In this document: in pieces, positions 59,994-64,000 of the stretch
How positions within the stretch are numbered: position 1 is the first letter of the stretch
Layout of the letters: each line of letters begins with the position of its first letter
Origin: Ylistrum balloti
Lineage: Eukaryota
Direction of reading: 5' to 3'
Length of the DNA stretch: 64,000 nucleotides
Assembly: GCF_031769215.1 (NCBI RefSeq)
Contig: NW_026782207.1
Coordinates: forward strand, 124,001 to 188,000
Notes under the pieces: model-generated
Databases searched by the model: none
The model's input: the letters and a program-made list of their open reading frames with translations, nothing else
What the model was told of the DNA's origin: nothing
Program-made: the position numbers and the translations under genes

Positions 59994-62221
59994 ATGAAAT
60001 ACTTAATCATCCTTAGTGCTCTCGCTTGCGTTGCCTACTCTCAACTTCCCGGGCCTTGTGGTAAGTAACATCAGATTCATTCCCGGGTCTTATGGTAAGT
60101 AACATCAGATTCATTCCCGGGTCTTGTGGCAAGTAACATCAAACTCCAAGGTCTTGTGATTGTACCACTATATATCAAATCCAAGTGTCAGTTTGTAACA
60201 AATATCACGGTATAGGGGTCAGACTGCACGCCGATAATTCTTAATATTTATATCGATTAAGTTGTAAGTGCACATTCGGTTTATTTTTCCCAGATCGAGG
60301 CTGATTACAATTTTCTATACTTTCCCTTTCTAGAATTCCATCCCTGAAGATTTCGAGAAGGGGAAAAAAATCTTATGTACATATGTATGAAGTTGTTCGA
60401 TTCATTATAAATATGATTTATAATCGAAACATTACTTTTTAATATAGTGATGTGATTTATTTATCTTTACTAAGATAACATCAAAATGTACTGACTTCGA
60501 CCCCCAATTTTACAACATACGTTAACATATGCGATTAGCTAGTCCGAATTCCCGACATTTTCAGGTTTTGAAATACTAGAATTTGATAAAATAATTAAAG
60601 TTCGAATTGGCCCTAACGGCCATTTCTATACTGCGATGTAATTCTATCACATCTGCATACCCATCCTAACAAATATAACTGATGTATATTGATTTCAGAG
60701 TCGCCCAAACAATGGGAAGGGAGAGTTTTGACTGTAAGTACTATTAAATCAATTTATTTGTTTTTGTCTATAATGATTGGTCTGAAAGCCTTAATATAAA
60801 TAAATAAAACGTGTTCAATCGATGTTGTAAAGCATTTTTTTTATTTGGGGTTGGTAAGTATATAAAGAAGAGAATTTATACATACATGTATGTCAATTCA
60901 TATTCGCTTCATTCGGTACATTCGTACACTGTAGGTGACAGCATAATCAGCAAATTATCACACTTTTTTTTCCTGGTTGTGATATGAGAACCTCTATTCT
61001 TCATGATGATAGGATGTGAAATATAAAGACAATCCAGACTTAAAACTCCAACATTCATTTGTATTTTTTTTTTTTTTTTTTTTCATTTTCAAAATATTTC
61101 TTCTTAGCTTGACAGGAGCAAGAATTTCACTCAGATAGGAAAGGTCAGCTATGATGAAACACAAAGAAGAGAAAGAATTATTGAAGAGGTTGAATTCGGA
61201 TCCGACCGGGATTATTTCGATTCTCTATTTCTCCATAATGTCGTAAGTACAAGTTTTCTACATGACAAATTTACATCTGACGCGAAGAACACTTCAATCA
61301 AATACAGATATATATAATCTTAGTAAAATATCAGTTTTAAGTGTTTGTGAATTTCCTGGGACCTTTACACGCTTTTGTAGTAATGACAACCAGTTCAAAC
61401 GGAAAATTCGATCCGAGTTGATAATTCAAATTTGTTATCCACTTCAATGAAATTTCCATATCATGGAATGATATCGCACATTACTAGACATGCAGAGAGA
61501 CATGCGGCATTAGAAGAATATACCTGTGTGAAACAAAACAAAAATGTCAATATTAGTTAACATTGACGCGCCAATAATTTCCATATATTGCAGGCTCCAT
61601 TTTACCAGTCATATGATCTCGCGTCATACCAAGAAATGAAACCTCAAAATGGATTTCAAAACATTAAAGCATTATTTCATTGTAGGGAAAGGGTTATATC
61701 CTTAACCTGAAAACGAGGAAGTGTAACGTAACAAACTTGACAGAACCATTCATCCCCCGTGGTATTCCTCGGGAGGCCGAATTTTCTGGCGAGGCAACCA
61801 TTGGAGCTGCCGGTGTTCCCGGAGAGTACATGGTTGTGGAGAACTTTAAGGGTACCTTCAGATCTACTGGGGCCAAGTTCTTTGGTGTAGCCACTCGACC
61901 AGATTGCTTTCCAGTCGAGTTTGGTTATTACAACGAGAAAACTGGATTTGTTCAACAAACGTAAGAACTACACTTTTATCTTCCGGTTACTATAAATAGA
62001 ATGATTTGTAATACGTTGTATACTTAACAGTTTGTATAGTTTTTTTTTATTAGTTTTATACAGTGAATTTACGTGTTTAATAGACAACACATCCAGAAAA
62101 ATACTTGTAATTCAGATTTGTAAATGATTAAAGAATAAATTGTTTCTTTTTCAGAATATTTGACGTCAATATTGGAATTTCTGATCCTAATGTTTTCATT
62201 CCACCAAGAGAATGCCTTTAG
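59994..62221 (+). CDS. EPDR: Ependymin-related protein (EPDR family), secreted, 192 aa
   Basis: Exons 59994-60060, 60699-60733, 61108-61242, 61686-61960, 62155-62221 (579 nt, GT-AG, phase-compatible). Signal peptide MKYLIILSALACVAYS; family motifs PCESPKQWEGR, SYDETQRRER, KCNVTNL, DCFPV and FDVNIGISDPNVFIPPREC. Confidence 0.92.
60046..60147 (+). repeat. 34-bp tandem repeat x3 spanning the EPDR exon 1 splice donor
   Basis: TTCCCGGG(C/T)CTT(G/A)TG|G(T/C)AAGTAACATCA... at 60046, 60080 and 60114. Confidence 0.9.
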
Positions 62222-63635
62222 ATTTTTTTTAACCTATTAAAATTATTTCCATAACTACTTGAATATGAGTCTTTTGTCCTTAGCCACAGGCAAAAATATG
62301 CTCTAAAGGTGAGAGGTTATACACACTTTTGAGGGAGAACATCTTCAGTAATTACATATAAGTAAAGATATTTGGATTATGTAATAAAGCGACAGTCTTC
62401 ATCTACACATGCTTATGGTACTGGCTACATAACTTTACTTCGGAACCTCTCTTACATTGATATCTGCATACAAATGATGCTAAAAAACGATATATTTTAA
62501 TGATATTATGATTTGGATCCAATATTGTTGGTTACTAACTGTACAGTTGACATAATGATGACACCGATGAACAGTTGTAGATATTAATTAATGTAGTTGA
62601 TTTATCGCATGCTTTTCTTATGACATGCATAAAATGTAGATAACATTAATGGGAGAAACACACCCTCACGAACTCGCTCCATGCCCAGTTTGAATACCTG
62701 GACTAATTGTCATAGTATCATAAATGAACGTCTGAACAGTGGATTGATATTTTTAATTTTTAAACAAAGGAATATTTGTGAATGAATAAATATGAATTTG
62801 TGAATAATTTAATTGAGGTGTAGAACTGTACAGAAGACACATGTGCGTTTAAAAGAAGATACATTAAAGTCAAGTTATAATTAATCTTCATGGAAAAGCT
62901 GTCCTTTTAGGATTCACTAGTGATACTAGGAGCAACTGTACGAAAGACTTTTTAATAGTAATACTAATACTAATATCAAATTTGATATAAGAATATCTGT
63001 CAGGCTGAACAGTAACTGGTGTATGCAATATGGATATTAATAATTAGATTATTGTTAATATAAATGTTGCAATGAATCCAGTCATTCTATATATAGAATG
63101 ATCAACAAAGAAAACACTGCAATACCTGTCTCATCAATAAGATTTCGATATATGAAAAGGTTCATATATCACAAGTTCCTCATACTATCGCAGTAAATAC
63201 AGACGTTTTTAGTCCGTGTGGCCTGAGATAAGAGATTACATATCATTTCTTATCAATGCTATACAGCGATTATTTGTATACACAGTGCACAGCATTAAAT
63301 TTCATTTACTATCAAATACAATATAAGCAAACAATACCTTAATATCCATATAGAGAAATGTCTAAAAAAATTCAAACAACACATAAAGAGTACTATTGCT
63401 TTACGAGTTACAAAATTACATGTAAAACGTGACTAAATATTCCAGGCAAATCACAAATATCACATTCATTTATGTAATATATCACATCAAAAAAATACTC
63501 TATTCCTTCGTAATGATCTGATTCAAGTTAATATCAAAAATGTTTTAGCGATTTCGAAACTCCAGTGTGTCACAAAATTGCTCGAGTAATCTCGAGAATG
63601 GGTCAAAGATAAGATAAAACGACTAGCACGCACGT

Positions 63636-63643
63636 TATATAAA
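63636..63643 (+). promoter_or_regulatory. TATA box of the second EPDR gene
   Basis: TATATAAA about 80 nt upstream of ATG 63718. Confidence 0.5.
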
Positions 63644-63717
63644 CCTGTCCAGTGCTGTCCTTTTACTCTCGGGGAAATTCAGCGAGTGAGGCATAGAACA
63701 TCTTATCAACACCAGCC

Positions 63718-63784
63718 ATGAAGAGTCTTCTACTTGCAATACTCCTTGGAGTGGTAGCGAACGCCCAGCTCCCTCGCCCCTGTG
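63718..63784 (+). CDS. EPDR: Second ependymin-related gene, first coding exon only (continues beyond the window)
   Basis: MKSLLLAILLGVVANAQLPRPC plus a phase-1 G|GTATGT donor; same 67-nt size, phase and QLPxPC ending as exon 1 of the upstream EPDR gene. Confidence 0.8.
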
Positions 63785-64000
63785 GTATGTAGAATTTCAG
63801 TATTTTGTTGATGAGCATTTTGTGTTAATGTGCATACCGGGGGAACTGTTCACCCTCTATGGTTGGTGGATTAATGAGTTATGTTTATTTTGTCGTTAGT
63901 GAGTTGCCTAGGGAACAGTGCTGGCTTTAAGTTTAAAGGACACTCTTTTCCTGTCCCGATTGTCTTCATTTACTTATATGTACCTTCAAATAATATTGTC

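Overview
AT-rich, intron-containing animal DNA, most likely a bivalve mollusc (inferred from the repeat families and gene content). Left to right: (1) the 3' part of an ankyrin-repeat/SOCS-box (ASB-like) gene; (2) four tandem, same-strand, 11-coding-exon paralogues of the GH65 collagen-glycan glucosidase PGGHG (ATHL1), all with intact reading frames and N-terminal signal-peptide-like sequences; (3) a full-length BEL/Pao LTR retrotransposon with apparently identical 449-bp LTRs and a GATTA target-site duplication, between copies 3 and 4; (4) one complete and one partial ependymin-related (EPDR) gene. Main observation: PGGHG copies 1 and 2 have lost both catalytic glutamates (PDEY->PDKS, WSE->WSN) and several other active-site motif residues while remaining intact and conserved, whereas copies 3 and 4 keep them. 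This looks like a secreted enzyme/pseudoenzyme cluster. Second observation: in copy 3 the exon 6 splice donor has been amplified into a 3.2-kb array of about 119 27-bp units, nearly all carrying the same in-frame donor. V-SINEs, non-autonomous Helentron-like elements and MITEs are also present. All exon boundaries, motif comparisons and counts were read by eye; no alignment or database search was run.
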